Positions 20,106 through 29,176 of a stretch of 50,820 bases of DNA are shown one piece after another; position 1 is the first letter of the stretch; every line of letters begins with the position of its first letter. The notes under the pieces were generated by a model, which saw nothing but the letters and a program-made list of their open reading frames with translations, did not search any database and was not told the origin of the DNA. The stretch lies in the NCBI GenBank assembly GCA_030646915.1, contig JAUSKT010000019.1, positions 1 through 50,820 on the forward strand, read 5' to 3'. The position numbers were made by a program, and so were the translations under genes. This DNA comes from a bacterium (GTDB taxonomy: Bacteria; Patescibacteriota; Minisyncoccia; UBA6257; 02-FULL-45-10c).

Positions 20106-20690
20106 ATGTCAGATCAAAATCAAAAACCAAAAGAAGGTTCTAAGATGGTGGAAATTAAAAATAAAGAAAGGCATTGGTATGCTGTGCATACTTATTCCGG
20201 CTATGAAGACGCCGTAGCGCGGTATTTAAAGCAAAGGGTAGATTCGCTTTCTATGAATGACAAGATTTTTAATATTTTGGTTCCGAAAGAAACAAAAATT
20301 AAAATTAAAAATGGGAAAAGGCGGGAAGTTGAAGAAAAAATTTATCCAGGCTATGTTTTGGTGGATATGATTTTAATGGAAGATTCTTGGTATGTAGTGC
20401 GAAATACTCCTCGGGTTACTGGTTTTGTCGGTCCGGATTCTACCACTCCAGTTCCGCTTTCCCGCGATGAAATTGATGCCTTGATGGCAAGAATGGGCAG
20501 CCAGGAAAAGAAATTTAAAGTTGACCTCAAAGTAGGAGAAATGGTAAAAGTTATAGACGGTCCATTCAAGGATTATGACGCGAAAGTGGCTGAGGTGGAT
20601 GAAGAAAGGGCAAAAATAAAAGTTTTTATTCCAATTTTCGGAAGAGAGACTATGGTTGAATTGGATTCATTACAAATACAGAAGATATAA
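20106..20690 (+). CDS. nusG: Transcription factor NusG
   Basis: WYAVHTYSGYE, YPGYVLV, TPRVTGFVG, KOW DGPF, IFGRET. Confidence 0.98.
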   Translation: MSDQNQKPKEGSKMVEIKNKERHWYAVHTYSGYEDAVARYLKQRVDSLSMNDKIFNILVPKETKIKIKNGKRREVEEKIYPGYVLVDMILMEDSWYVVRNTPRVTGFVGPDSTTPVPLSRDEIDALMARMGSQEKKFKVDLKVGEMVKVIDGPFKDYDAKVAEVDEERAKIKVFIPIFGRETMVELDSLQIQKI

Positions 20691-20756
20691 AAAGCTTTTT
20701 AGGAAAATTAATTATCCTAATAAGCTAAAAAGCTAATTAACTAAAAAATTAAAATT

Positions 20757-21182
20757 ATGGCAAAACCAATTAAAACAGTAATAAAACTTCAATTAGAAGC
20801 TGGAAAAGCAAATCCGGCGCCTCCAGTTGGAACAGCGCTTGGTCCGCACGGCCTTAATATTATGGACTTCTGCAAGAAGTTCAATGAAGCGACTAAGGAT
20901 ATGACGGGCGATGTGGTTCCGGCAGAAATTACTATCTATGAAGACAGGAGTTTTGATTTTAAATTAAAGACTCCGCCAGCTTCAGCGCTTTTGAAAAAAG
21001 CCGCTGGCATAGAAAAAGGCTCTGCTGATCCATTAAAAGTAAAAGTAGGAAAAGTTACCAAAGCTGACCTTCGCGCTATCGCAGAAAGAAAAATGGTTGA
21101 TCTTAATGCCTATGACATAGATGCGGCAATGAAAATCATCGCCGGCACCGCAAGGAATATGGGGATAGAGATAGTAGATTAA
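20757..21182 (+). CDS. rplK: 50S ribosomal protein L11
   Basis: [30 protein letters not shown]. Confidence 0.98.
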   Translation: MAKPIKTVIKLQLEAGKANPAPPVGTALGPHGLNIMDFCKKFNEATKDMTGDVVPAEITIYEDRSFDFKLKTPPASALLKKAAGIEKGSADPLKVKVGKVTKADLRAIAERKMVDLNAYDIDAAMKIIAGTARNMGIEIVD

Positions 21183-21208
21183 AAATCCGGCCAATAAGCC
21201 GGATTTTT
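21181..21208 (+). terminator. Terminator after rplK
   Basis: aaaaatccggc-caataa-gccggattttt. Confidence 0.8.
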
Positions 21209-21275
21209 AATTATTGACACAAGAGCACATTCTTATATAAGCTTTTAAATAGCATTAAACTTTTAAAACTTAATA

Positions 21276-21575
21276 ATGGACGACACGATTGATACTGGAT
21301 TCGGGTCTGTCTCTTTTTTGTCGCAAAGATTATTCGGCCGAGCAGTAGTAACATTATATGTTAATCATCATAAAACTTTGAAAAAGCTGGTTCGATATTG
21401 TAAGCAAGAGAAATGGTCTTCAAGTAATCTTACATATAGAGAAGTACAATTCCTTCAAAAAATACGTATTCTTGATGCCAGTGAAAATGTTAATGATGAA
21501 GCTAGAACAGTAATTCTTTCTATGGCTTACTTAAAAAAAGATGGAGCTGTAGAATTGCGAAAAGCTTATCAATAG
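21276..21575 (+). CDS. Hypothetical protein (stand-alone cassette)
   Basis: 99 aa; TTGACA at ~21214; hairpin aatcggc-aatca-gccgatttttt after the stop. Confidence 0.55.
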   Translation: MDDTIDTGFGSVSFLSQRLFGRAVVTLYVNHHKTLKKLVRYCKQEKWSSSNLTYREVQFLQKIRILDASENVNDEARTVILSMAYLKKDGAVELRKAYQ

Positions 21576-21620
21576 AAAGAAAATTTAATCGGCAATCAGC
21601 CGATTTTTTATATGCCGAAA

Positions 21621-21815
21621 CACATTACTAAACCTCCGCACTTAACAATCCGGAGGTAATTATTAAGTGTAGATGTGAAACCATGGCTGTTTGCAGCTGG
21701 CTTGTCGAACTATTGGGCCGTGGATAGTTGGCATATCCGGCACTACACCTCGGTGTAGTGCCGGATATGTGAAGCTTGCGATATAAAGAAACCCCGGCCG
21801 TAAGGCCGGGGAGTT
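21621..21815 (+). mobile_element. Structured non-coding element, IS200/IS605 non-autonomous or reRNA-like (copy 2)
   Basis: Left hairpin acctccg..cggaggt; ~19-bp stem gcatatccggcactacacc/ggtgtagtgccggatatgt; right hairpin ccccggcc-gtaa-ggccgggg; homolog at 1-86. Confidence 0.65.
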
Positions 21816-21882
21816 TTATTTGATTTTAGGGTATTTTGTTGTTACTATTTTAAATAGTTCATTACAAAATAGATTGATAGAT

Positions 21883-22383
21883 ATGGAATCTGAAAATTTT
21901 GGAATCCAGAAATTTCTTGAAGATTTATCAGGAAAATTAAAAAACGAGACAAAGAAAGATTCATTGATAGATTTAGACGACCCAATTGTAGTTCTTTGGA
22001 GAAAAAGAGAATTAGAAATGCAGGCACGGAAGCAGGGATATATTGCAAGATGTCCGAGTCCTGGATGCTGTTATATTGTTCCATTGACTATGATGACCGG
22101 AGAGGCTGAATCGGGAAAGCGGTTTTGCACTATCTGCGAGAAAGAATTTGATTATGATGAAGCGGAAAAAGAGGCAAAGAAATATTTGAGGTATGAGACT
22201 TTAATTAATTATGAATTGCAAGTGGCTGGGTTTAATGGAAGGATTGGCAATTTAAAAAAAGATAGCCGAGAAGGCCTGCTTTTTGGATACAATAGGGAAT
22301 TTATAGAAGAAATTAAAAATAGAAATGAAAGATTTAAATCTATATTTAAAGAAATTATTCCAGAAGAAGACAGAAAAATATAA
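21883..22383 (+). CDS. Hypothetical protein with possible Zn ribbon
   Basis: CPSPGC...FCTICE; in-frame ATG 21883 preferred over TTG 21820. Confidence 0.6.
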   Translation: MESENFGIQKFLEDLSGKLKNETKKDSLIDLDDPIVVLWRKRELEMQARKQGYIARCPSPGCCYIVPLTMMTGEAESGKRFCTICEKEFDYDEAEKEAKKYLRYETLINYELQVAGFNGRIGNLKKDSREGLLFGYNREFIEEIKNRNERFKSIFKEIIPEEDRKI

Positions 22384-22436
22384 ATTCGGCCAAGGGCCGA
22401 TTTTTTAATTTAAATTTTGTTATACTTAATGAGAAC

Positions 22437-23069
22437 ATGCAAAAAAAGATAAGGGGAAAATTTATTGTTTTGGATGGCGTTGATGGCTGCGGAAAGGGGA
22501 CTCAGGCAAAAAAACTCGCTAATTATCTTTTTGACAGGATAAAAAGAAGCCATGTTTTTTTGACTCGGGAGCCGTATAATTCGGAATATTACGAAGAAAT
22601 CAGGAGAATTTTAAAAGAAAGTAAAAACCCTCGAGATAATGCGGAGCTTTTATCGGGGCTTTTTATTAAAGATAGGAAGGTTCACGCCGAGATAATTGAA
22701 AAAAATTTAGATGAGGGAATTCATGTTATTTCTGATAGGTACAAGTACTCTACTTTGGTTTATCAGCAAACTCAAGGGATTTTATTGGATAAATTAATTA
22801 AGATGCACATAGGGGTGCTAGTTCCGGATTTAGTGTTAATTATTGATGTTCCCGCAGAAGTGGCCATGAAAAGAATTGCAGAAGATGCAGGAAGGGAATA
22901 TAAGGAGGTATTTGAAGATTTAGCTTTTCAGGAACAGCTTCGCCATAATTTTTTGGCTTTGCCAAAACAATTACCAGAAGAAAGAATCGTAGTTATTGAT
23001 GGAAATAAATCGGTTTTAGATGTTTTCGTATCAGTAAAACAGGAAGTTGATGAGCTATTAATTTGGTAA
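22437..23069 (+). CDS. tmk: Thymidylate kinase
   Basis: FIVLDGVDGCGKGTQ P-loop, TREP, SDRY, PDL. Confidence 0.95.
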   Translation: MQKKIRGKFIVLDGVDGCGKGTQAKKLANYLFDRIKRSHVFLTREPYNSEYYEEIRRILKESKNPRDNAELLSGLFIKDRKVHAEIIEKNLDEGIHVISDRYKYSTLVYQQTQGILLDKLIKMHIGVLVPDLVLIIDVPAEVAMKRIAEDAGREYKEVFEDLAFQEQLRHNFLALPKQLPEERIVVIDGNKSVLDVFVSVKQEVDELLIW

Positions 23070-23124
23070 ATGAATAAAGGCGGTTAGCCGAAAAGAGATT
23101 TTAGCTTTATAATTAAAATTAAAT

Positions 23125-24429
23125 ATGATTAAGCTTCCAGTCCAAAAAATTATTTCCGATCCTATTTTGGGGCTGATTGATATCAGCACCGTATTGCCGA
23201 TGATTGATACGAAAGCATTCCAGTCTTTGGCTTTTAAATATCAGCTTGGGCCGGCATTTCTTTTATTTCCTTCCGCAACTCATACGAGGAAACAGCATTG
23301 TTTGGGCGCATTCCAGCGGACTAAAGATTTAATGAGGCGGTGGGTAGAGGCTGGCATGGTTACCAAAGATGAAGCAAAAACCGTAACCGCTTATGCTTTA
23401 TACCATGATATCGGCCATGGGCCTTTTTCTCATACCATAGAGCCGCTTTTTGATCTGCTTCCGGACGCGGAAAGAAGCGAACTTAGGGCAGATGACGCAA
23501 TGGCACTTGCGATTGTAAAAGAGCTTAGGCCGGTGATTGAAAAAACTGGCATTGATTTTGACGCGATGTATAAGCTTATGGAGCATAAAAATCCGCTTTA
23601 TCTCGCGGTGCATGATAAAAATCTTGGCGCGGAAAAATTTGATTATTTAACTCGTGATGCGTTTTATACAATTATGGAGATGCCAGGCGTGGATTATTTA
23701 TCCAGATATATTTATTTTGTTGACGGACAAGTGGTAGTGGATGAGCGGGTGATTGACCAGGCAAAGGCGATTCAGGATTTTTATATTAAAATGTCCAAGC
23801 ACGTGTATCTTCGGAAAAAATCAGCAATTCTTCAGCGGGTAATCCAAAAAATGGCTTATGAATTAGTAAAAGAAGGGATGAGCGTTCATGATATCTGGAA
23901 ATTCACAGATTTCGGACTTTTGGGGAGGTTTGAACTTTCTGAAAATTCTTTGATTAAGAATTATTATCAAAATCTGATGTCCGGTAATTTGCCTAAAACT
24001 GCCATAGAAATTAAATCAGAACAATTTGTGCAGATGGACGAAAAACGGAGGGATAAGTCTTTGAATATAATCGGACTTCCCGAAGAAGTTGTAGAAACTA
24101 TGCTTTCACGTAAAAAATTTGGAAGTTTGAAATCGTTGGAAGAAATGGAAACTGGAATTGCTGAATTAGTTGGCGTTCCCCAAAATAATATTTTGATAGT
24201 TCCACCGCTTTCCCACCATCGTTTTATTCCTGAAGATGTCAAAGTTTATGGCCGGGACGGGAGTATTGTCGGTTTAAGCGAGTTTTATCCGAATCATTTT
24301 GCGGCTATGCAGGAATATGGTCGTTCTCACCATCTTTTAAGAGTTTGCGCTTTTCCGGAATATCGCGACCAGCTCCGCGATAATGCCGCAAAGGTTAAAA
24401 ATTATCTTTTAAAACTCGCTAAAATATAA
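23125..24429 (+). CDS. HD-domain phosphohydrolase (SAMHD1/YwfO-like dNTPase family)
   Basis: QLG....FPSATHTR..H.LG, HDIGHGPFSH, DYLTRD. Confidence 0.88.
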   Translation: MIKLPVQKIISDPILGLIDISTVLPMIDTKAFQSLAFKYQLGPAFLLFPSATHTRKQHCLGAFQRTKDLMRRWVEAGMVTKDEAKTVTAYALYHDIGHGPFSHTIEPLFDLLPDAERSELRADDAMALAIVKELRPVIEKTGIDFDAMYKLMEHKNPLYLAVHDKNLGAEKFDYLTRDAFYTIMEMPGVDYLSRYIYFVDGQVVVDERVIDQAKAIQDFYIKMSKHVYLRKKSAILQRVIQKMAYELVKEGMSVHDIWKFTDFGLLGRFELSENSLIKNYYQNLMSGNLPKTAIEIKSEQFVQMDEKRRDKSLNIIGLPEEVVETMLSRKKFGSLKSLEEMETGIAELVGVPQNNILIVPPLSHHRFIPEDVKVYGRDGSIVGLSEFYPNHFAAMQEYGRSHHLLRVCAFPEYRDQLRDNAAKVKNYLLKLAKI

Positions 24430-24510
24430 TACAAATTTACAAATGAATACTAATCTACAAATAACGAATTCGTATATTCGCAGATTCGAATAGATTCGTT
24501 GATTAGTATT
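24428..24510. repeat. Inverted array of degenerate ~8-nt repeats
   Basis: acaaat/acgaat units, then attcg units; aatactaatc pairs with gattagtatt. Confidence 0.7.
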
Positions 24511-24517
24511 ATTTCAT

Positions 24518-26047
24518 ATGAAATATTTTCCCACAATTGGTTTAGAAATTCACTCTGAATTAAAAACCGCAACTAAGATGTTTTGCGATTGCCCGAATGA
24601 TCCGGAAGAAAAACATCCCAATATTAATGTTTGCCCGATTTGCCTAGGCCATCCGGGAGTTTTGCCGACTATCAATAAAAAAGCGATTGAATCAATGATT
24701 AAAATCGGTTTTGCGGTTAATGGTGAGATTAATCCAAGTTTTAAATTTGACCGGAAAAATTATTTTTATCCGGATTTGCCGAAAGGCTATCAAATTTCCC
24801 AATATGATTTGCCATTAGTAAGGGGCGGAGAACTGGATATAACTGCGAGGCTTAAGTCTTCAAAAATTGTTAAGTTGAACAGGGTTCATTTAGAAGAAGA
24901 TGCCGCGAGGCTTATTCATGAGCCGAGTCCCGACTTTGCGTCGGGAGAACAATATGGCAGCTCCGACGCCCAAAAGGGGTCGGAGCGATTAGCGGGTACG
25001 CTAATCGATTTTAATCGAGGCGGGCTTCCCCTTATGGAATTAGTGTCCGAACCGGATATGCATAGCGTAGAGGAGGCAGTGGCATTTGCTAAAGAATTAC
25101 AGCTAATTTTGCGCTATTTAGAGGTTTCTGACGCGGATTTAGAACATGGCCAGATGCGGTTTGATGCCAACGTTTCTCTTAGTGAAGATAAGTCCTTGGG
25201 GACGAAAGTTGAGATTAAAAACCTTAATTCTTTCGGAGCTTTAGAGCAGGCGATTAATTATGAGATTAAAAGGCAGAGCGAAATTTTAGATTCTGGGGAA
25301 AAAGTAAAACAAGAAACTCGCGGTTGGGACGATATTAAAAAGAAAACTGTCAGCCAGCGTTCCAAGGAAGAGGCGCATGACTACCGTTATTTTCCAGAAC
25401 CGGATTTGCCGCTTTTGATGGCTTCAGATTTTGATTTAAAAAATTTGAAATTGTCCGTTCCAGAATTGACTAATCAAAAACGAAAAAGATTCAAAGAGCA
25501 ATTTAAGCTTAATGATGATCAGGTTAATATTTTAGTTGAAGACCGAAAAGAAGCAGAGTATTTTGAAAATGCTGTTTCAGAATTGGAAGCGGATACAGAA
25601 GTCAAAAGTGGAAAGTTGAAAGTTGAAAAGGTTCAGTTATTATTTAATTATTTAAATAGCGATTTAAAAGGATTGATGAAGGAACAAGAATTGGATTTTG
25701 ACAGCTTGAAAATTACTCCGGAAAATTTTGCGGATCTTATTGAAATGGTTTCTATAAATAAAATTTCCAGTCGCACAGCCAAAGATTTATTAGTTAAAAT
25801 GGCGGATTCTGGAGTTGACCCGGATACTTTGGTAAAGAGTGAGGGATTGGGTCAAGTTTCTGATTCGGCAGTATTAGAAGAAGTGGTTCAGCGGGTGCTG
25901 GCGGCAAATCCTGCGGCGAGAGCTGATTTTAAAAAAGGAAAAATGAATGCTGTGCAGTTTTTGATTGGCAAAGCAATGGCAGAATTAAAAGGCAGGGGAA
26001 ACCCAGCAGTTTTACGTAGTCTTTTTGAAAAGCATTTGATTTCATAA
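24518..26047 (+). CDS. gatB: Asp/Glu-tRNA amidotransferase subunit B
   Basis: IGLEIH, FDRKNYFYPDLPKGYQISQ, HLEEDA, DYRYFPEPDL. Confidence 0.98.
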   Translation: MKYFPTIGLEIHSELKTATKMFCDCPNDPEEKHPNINVCPICLGHPGVLPTINKKAIESMIKIGFAVNGEINPSFKFDRKNYFYPDLPKGYQISQYDLPLVRGGELDITARLKSSKIVKLNRVHLEEDAARLIHEPSPDFASGEQYGSSDAQKGSERLAGTLIDFNRGGLPLMELVSEPDMHSVEEAVAFAKELQLILRYLEVSDADLEHGQMRFDANVSLSEDKSLGTKVEIKNLNSFGALEQAINYEIKRQSEILDSGEKVKQETRGWDDIKKKTVSQRSKEEAHDYRYFPEPDLPLLMASDFDLKNLKLSVPELTNQKRKRFKEQFKLNDDQVNILVEDRKEAEYFENAVSELEADTEVKSGKLKVEKVQLLFNYLNSDLKGLMKEQELDFDSLKITPENFADLIEMVSINKISSRTAKDLLVKMADSGVDPDTLVKSEGLGQVSDSAVLEEVVQRVLAANPAARADFKKGKMNAVQFLIGKAMAELKGRGNPAVLRSLFEKHLIS

Positions 26048-26072
26048 TTAATTAAGTTACAATATAAATATT

Positions 26073-26291
26073 ATGGGATTATTTGAAACATCCAAAATGT
26101 ATAAAAAAGGCAGTCCGGAAGTTACTAAAGAAGATAAAGATAGAATGGAAAAAGCCCGTCTTGAGCGTCTTGCTAATGCGCCAGAATCAAGAAAGGCAAT
26201 AGAAAATTTGCAGAAAGAAGTTGATAAATTGCCAAATGAATTAGTAGAGGAAGATCGAAAAGCTTGGAGAGAAGCAGAGGAAAGAGGCTAA
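26073..26291 (+). CDS. Small hypothetical protein
   Basis: 72 aa, charged; TACAAT upstream; terminator downstream. Confidence 0.5.
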   Translation: MGLFETSKMYKKGSPEVTKEDKDRMEKARLERLANAPESRKAIENLQKEVDKLPNELVEEDRKAWREAEERG

Positions 26292-26292
26292 T

Positions 26293-26324
26293 AAAAATCT
26301 CCCGCCAGTTGGCGGGGGATTTTT
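26293..26324. terminator. Bidirectional terminator
   Basis: aaaatctcccgcca-gt-tggcgggggattttt between convergent genes. Confidence 0.75.
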
Positions 26325-26325
26325 A

Positions 26326-27561
26326 TTAGTTTCGGTTTCCTATTTCTTTTTTTATAATTTCAGTCAGGTTATCTATGGCCATTTCTTTTAAATCTCCTTT
26401 TGTATAATGCCGGACAGCAACGGTATTATTGCCAGCTTCTTTTTCCCCGACTATCAAAAGATAGGGGACTCTTCGGATTTCTGCTTCCCGGATTTTTTTG
26501 CCGATAGTGGCGTTATCCGTATTAAGTTTTACTCTAATCCCAGATTTTTTTAATTCCTTAAGGACTTTTTCGCCATATTGATTTTGTTTGTCTGTGATAG
26601 TCAAAATTTCCGCTTGAACTGGCGAAAGCCAAAGCGGAAGTTTGCCGTCAAAATGCTCAAGAAGAACGCCAAGGATTCTTTCAAAAGATCCGAAAACTGC
26701 CCTGTGGATTACCCATGGCATTTGTTTTTTGCCGTTTTCATCAATATAAGAAACTTCAAATTGTTTTGGCAGCATTACCAAGTCCAGTTGCGCAGTTCCT
26801 AACTGCCAATCGCGGTCTTGAGAATCTTTCAGGTGAACTTCAATTTTGGGACCGTAAAAAGCGCCCTCACCTTTTTCAATTGTGTATTTTAATCCGGAAT
26901 TTTTAAGCGCGTTTTCCAAAGCATTTTCTGAGCTGTCCCAGTCTTCTTTTTCCCCAAGGGCTTTTTCCGGCCTAGTGGCAAGCACGTAGCGGGGTTCAAA
27001 ATTAAAAAGCGCATAAAATTTTGCAATCACTCTCAGGATTTTTTCCACTTCCTCTTCTACTTGGTCCGGCCGGCAATAAATATGGGCATCATCCATTGTA
27101 ATTTGCCTTACGCGGAATAACCCGCCAAGAGTTCCAGAGCGCTCATTTCTATGCAATCTTCCTATTTCCGCTAAGCGTAATGGCAAGTCTTTATAGCTTC
27201 GGATAGTGGAATTATAGACATAAGTGGATTCCGGGCAGTTCATTGGCTTTACCACCAAAGTCTCATTTTCATCAGTCGGATTTTTAAACCAAAACATATT
27301 TTCCCGGTAATGGTCCCAATGGCCGGATTTTTCGAAAACTTCTTTTTTAACCATAATCGGAGTGGAAATTTCCATGTAACCTTCCTCTTCATTCATTTCC
27401 CTGGCAAATTTTTCCAGTTCTTTAAAAATCACCATTCCGTTCGGGTGCCAGAATGGCGCGCCAGGAGCAATTTCTTGGAAAGAAAAAAGATCCAGTAATT
27501 GCCCGAGTTCCCGATGGTCTCGGCCTGGTTTTTGCGGGGAATTTTCTTTTTTATTAGGCAT
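26326..27561 (-). CDS. thrS: Threonyl-tRNA synthetase, catalytic and anticodon-binding domains only
   Basis: Starts near RDHR.LG; KPMNCP, HRNE.SG, GAFYGPK, IHRA.FGS.ER; 411 aa. Confidence 0.97.
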   Translation of the reverse strand: MPNKKENSPQKPGRDHRELGQLLDLFSFQEIAPGAPFWHPNGMVIFKELEKFAREMNEEEGYMEISTPIMVKKEVFEKSGHWDHYRENMFWFKNPTDENETLVVKPMNCPESTYVYNSTIRSYKDLPLRLAEIGRLHRNERSGTLGGLFRVRQITMDDAHIYCRPDQVEEEVEKILRVIAKFYALFNFEPRYVLATRPEKALGEKEDWDSSENALENALKNSGLKYTIEKGEGAFYGPKIEVHLKDSQDRDWQLGTAQLDLVMLPKQFEVSYIDENGKKQMPWVIHRAVFGSFERILGVLLEHFDGKLPLWLSPVQAEILTITDKQNQYGEKVLKELKKSGIRVKLNTDNATIGKKIREAEIRRVPYLLIVGEKEAGNNTVAVRHYTKGDLKEMAIDNLTEIIKKEIGNRN

Positions 27562-27684
27562 TTAATTATTATAAGCCATTTTTATTTTCTAATCCAGAAA
27601 ATGAATGTTTCTTTCGGCTTATTTTCTTTTTGACATTTTTAAATAAAAATGATAATCTGTTATCAGTTTTCTTGAAAGAGAAAT

Positions 27685-29100
27685 ATGATGAGCTACGGAG
27701 ATGTGAAATTAGATGCTTATTTTGATTCATTTTTGGAAGTTTGGCAGCGAAAGGGCAAATTAGAAAGCCCCATGCCGGATCTCAAAAATAGGAGAGATGG
27801 TCTGATAAATGTAATAAAAGTTCAAATAGCTGATATTAAAAAAAATCAGAGTTTAGACAAAGAAAAACTAGAGGATCTCACTTTGTTGGCTAAATATCTT
27901 TTAAAACATCTTATTCTTTTAAAAAGAGAGCCGGAAATTATTCAGGAACTTTTTTTACAAACTATTGTCTTTGCCTATTACGACAAAGTATTATTTGAGA
28001 GATTTATCAGCGATATTGCCCAGCCAAGCATTTTGGGGCAGATGATCGCATTTCACAATCTTTTAGTGGAAGAAAAATTCAAGCATGCTGGAATAAATTG
28101 GGATAGATGGCTTTCTTTTAAAGGAGAAGAAGGCATAGACCTAGAACATTTTAAGAAAATTAATCAGGGAAATGCCTGGAAAAAGCTAGATGTTTTGCTT
28201 GCCGAGCTGGAAAAAGGTTTTGAGGCGCAAGGAAACTCTCTTGCCGGATGTGTCAGGAAAGATGTGATTATGCTTAGGAAAAATAAAAACTCTTTAGTTG
28301 TTACTAGCGATGATCTTATTGAAAGAAATGGAACGATGTGGGGATTGGATAATAAGTTTTTTCCAGTTTTTCATAATGGGAGAAGCTATCTTCATAGGAA
28401 TGGGAAACCAGTTATTATACCCAGTGAAGCATTTGTTCTTTTTCCCAAGATACGCAGAAACTTAGCAAAGTTTATTCCTCAACCGGTAAAAAAGAAATTT
28501 TCAGTCAAGCTTTGGAAGAGAAATCCTACTTCTGATTTATTTTTAGGGAATGTAAGCAATTGTTGCATTGCAATAGGAACAGCAAGTCTGTTTCCTGCAA
28601 TTCTTCTTGACGGCGTGCCATATAAGAAGCGTCCAGCTGGCATATTGGATTTTTTGGTTGATAAAGGAATCCAGGTTGCGGAAATTAGTGATGAAAGCGG
28701 GGCGATCGGCCAGGCTTGGCTTTTTGTCACTATGAATAAAGGCAAGCCGATGCTTGTAGTGGATTCCATTGATATTTTAGGTGGAAATCGTTTTTGTGAT
28801 GATGTTTTGTATGGTAAGGCGATCAGGAAATGCTTGTTTAATTTTTTGAAGCGTTATGCTGAAGAAATTGGCGTGCAGTGGATTGTTCTTGGCATAGACG
28901 GCGCTCTTGATAAAATAAAAAATAGACAGCATCAGATTAAACATGATATACCAACTGGGAATTTAGCAGTTCTTCCGACAGATCCAATAGAAAAACTGGG
29001 AGGTTACTGGAATATTTTTCCGTATTTTTTGGAATCCCGCACCGGAAAACTTGCTTACTATATTCTTATGGATGGAATTCCTCTTTTCCCCGTTGATTAA
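27685..29100 (+). CDS. Hypothetical protein
   Basis: 471 aa; helical N-terminal half, alpha/beta C-terminal half (DLFLGN.SNCCI, LVVDSID); own TTGACA promoter and terminator. Confidence 0.75.
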   Translation: MMSYGDVKLDAYFDSFLEVWQRKGKLESPMPDLKNRRDGLINVIKVQIADIKKNQSLDKEKLEDLTLLAKYLLKHLILLKREPEIIQELFLQTIVFAYYDKVLFERFISDIAQPSILGQMIAFHNLLVEEKFKHAGINWDRWLSFKGEEGIDLEHFKKINQGNAWKKLDVLLAELEKGFEAQGNSLAGCVRKDVIMLRKNKNSLVVTSDDLIERNGTMWGLDNKFFPVFHNGRSYLHRNGKPVIIPSEAFVLFPKIRRNLAKFIPQPVKKKFSVKLWKRNPTSDLFLGNVSNCCIAIGTASLFPAILLDGVPYKKRPAGILDFLVDKGIQVAEISDESGAIGQAWLFVTMNKGKPMLVVDSIDILGGNRFCDDVLYGKAIRKCLFNFLKRYAEEIGVQWIVLGIDGALDKIKNRQHQIKHDIPTGNLAVLPTDPIEKLGGYWNIFPYFLESRTGKLAYYILMDGIPLFPVD

Positions 29101-29176
29101 AACGGGGATTTTTTATTCTTGCGGATGTTTTAATACTTTGCTATGCTCCTTACTAGAAACTTGAATTGGAAATATA

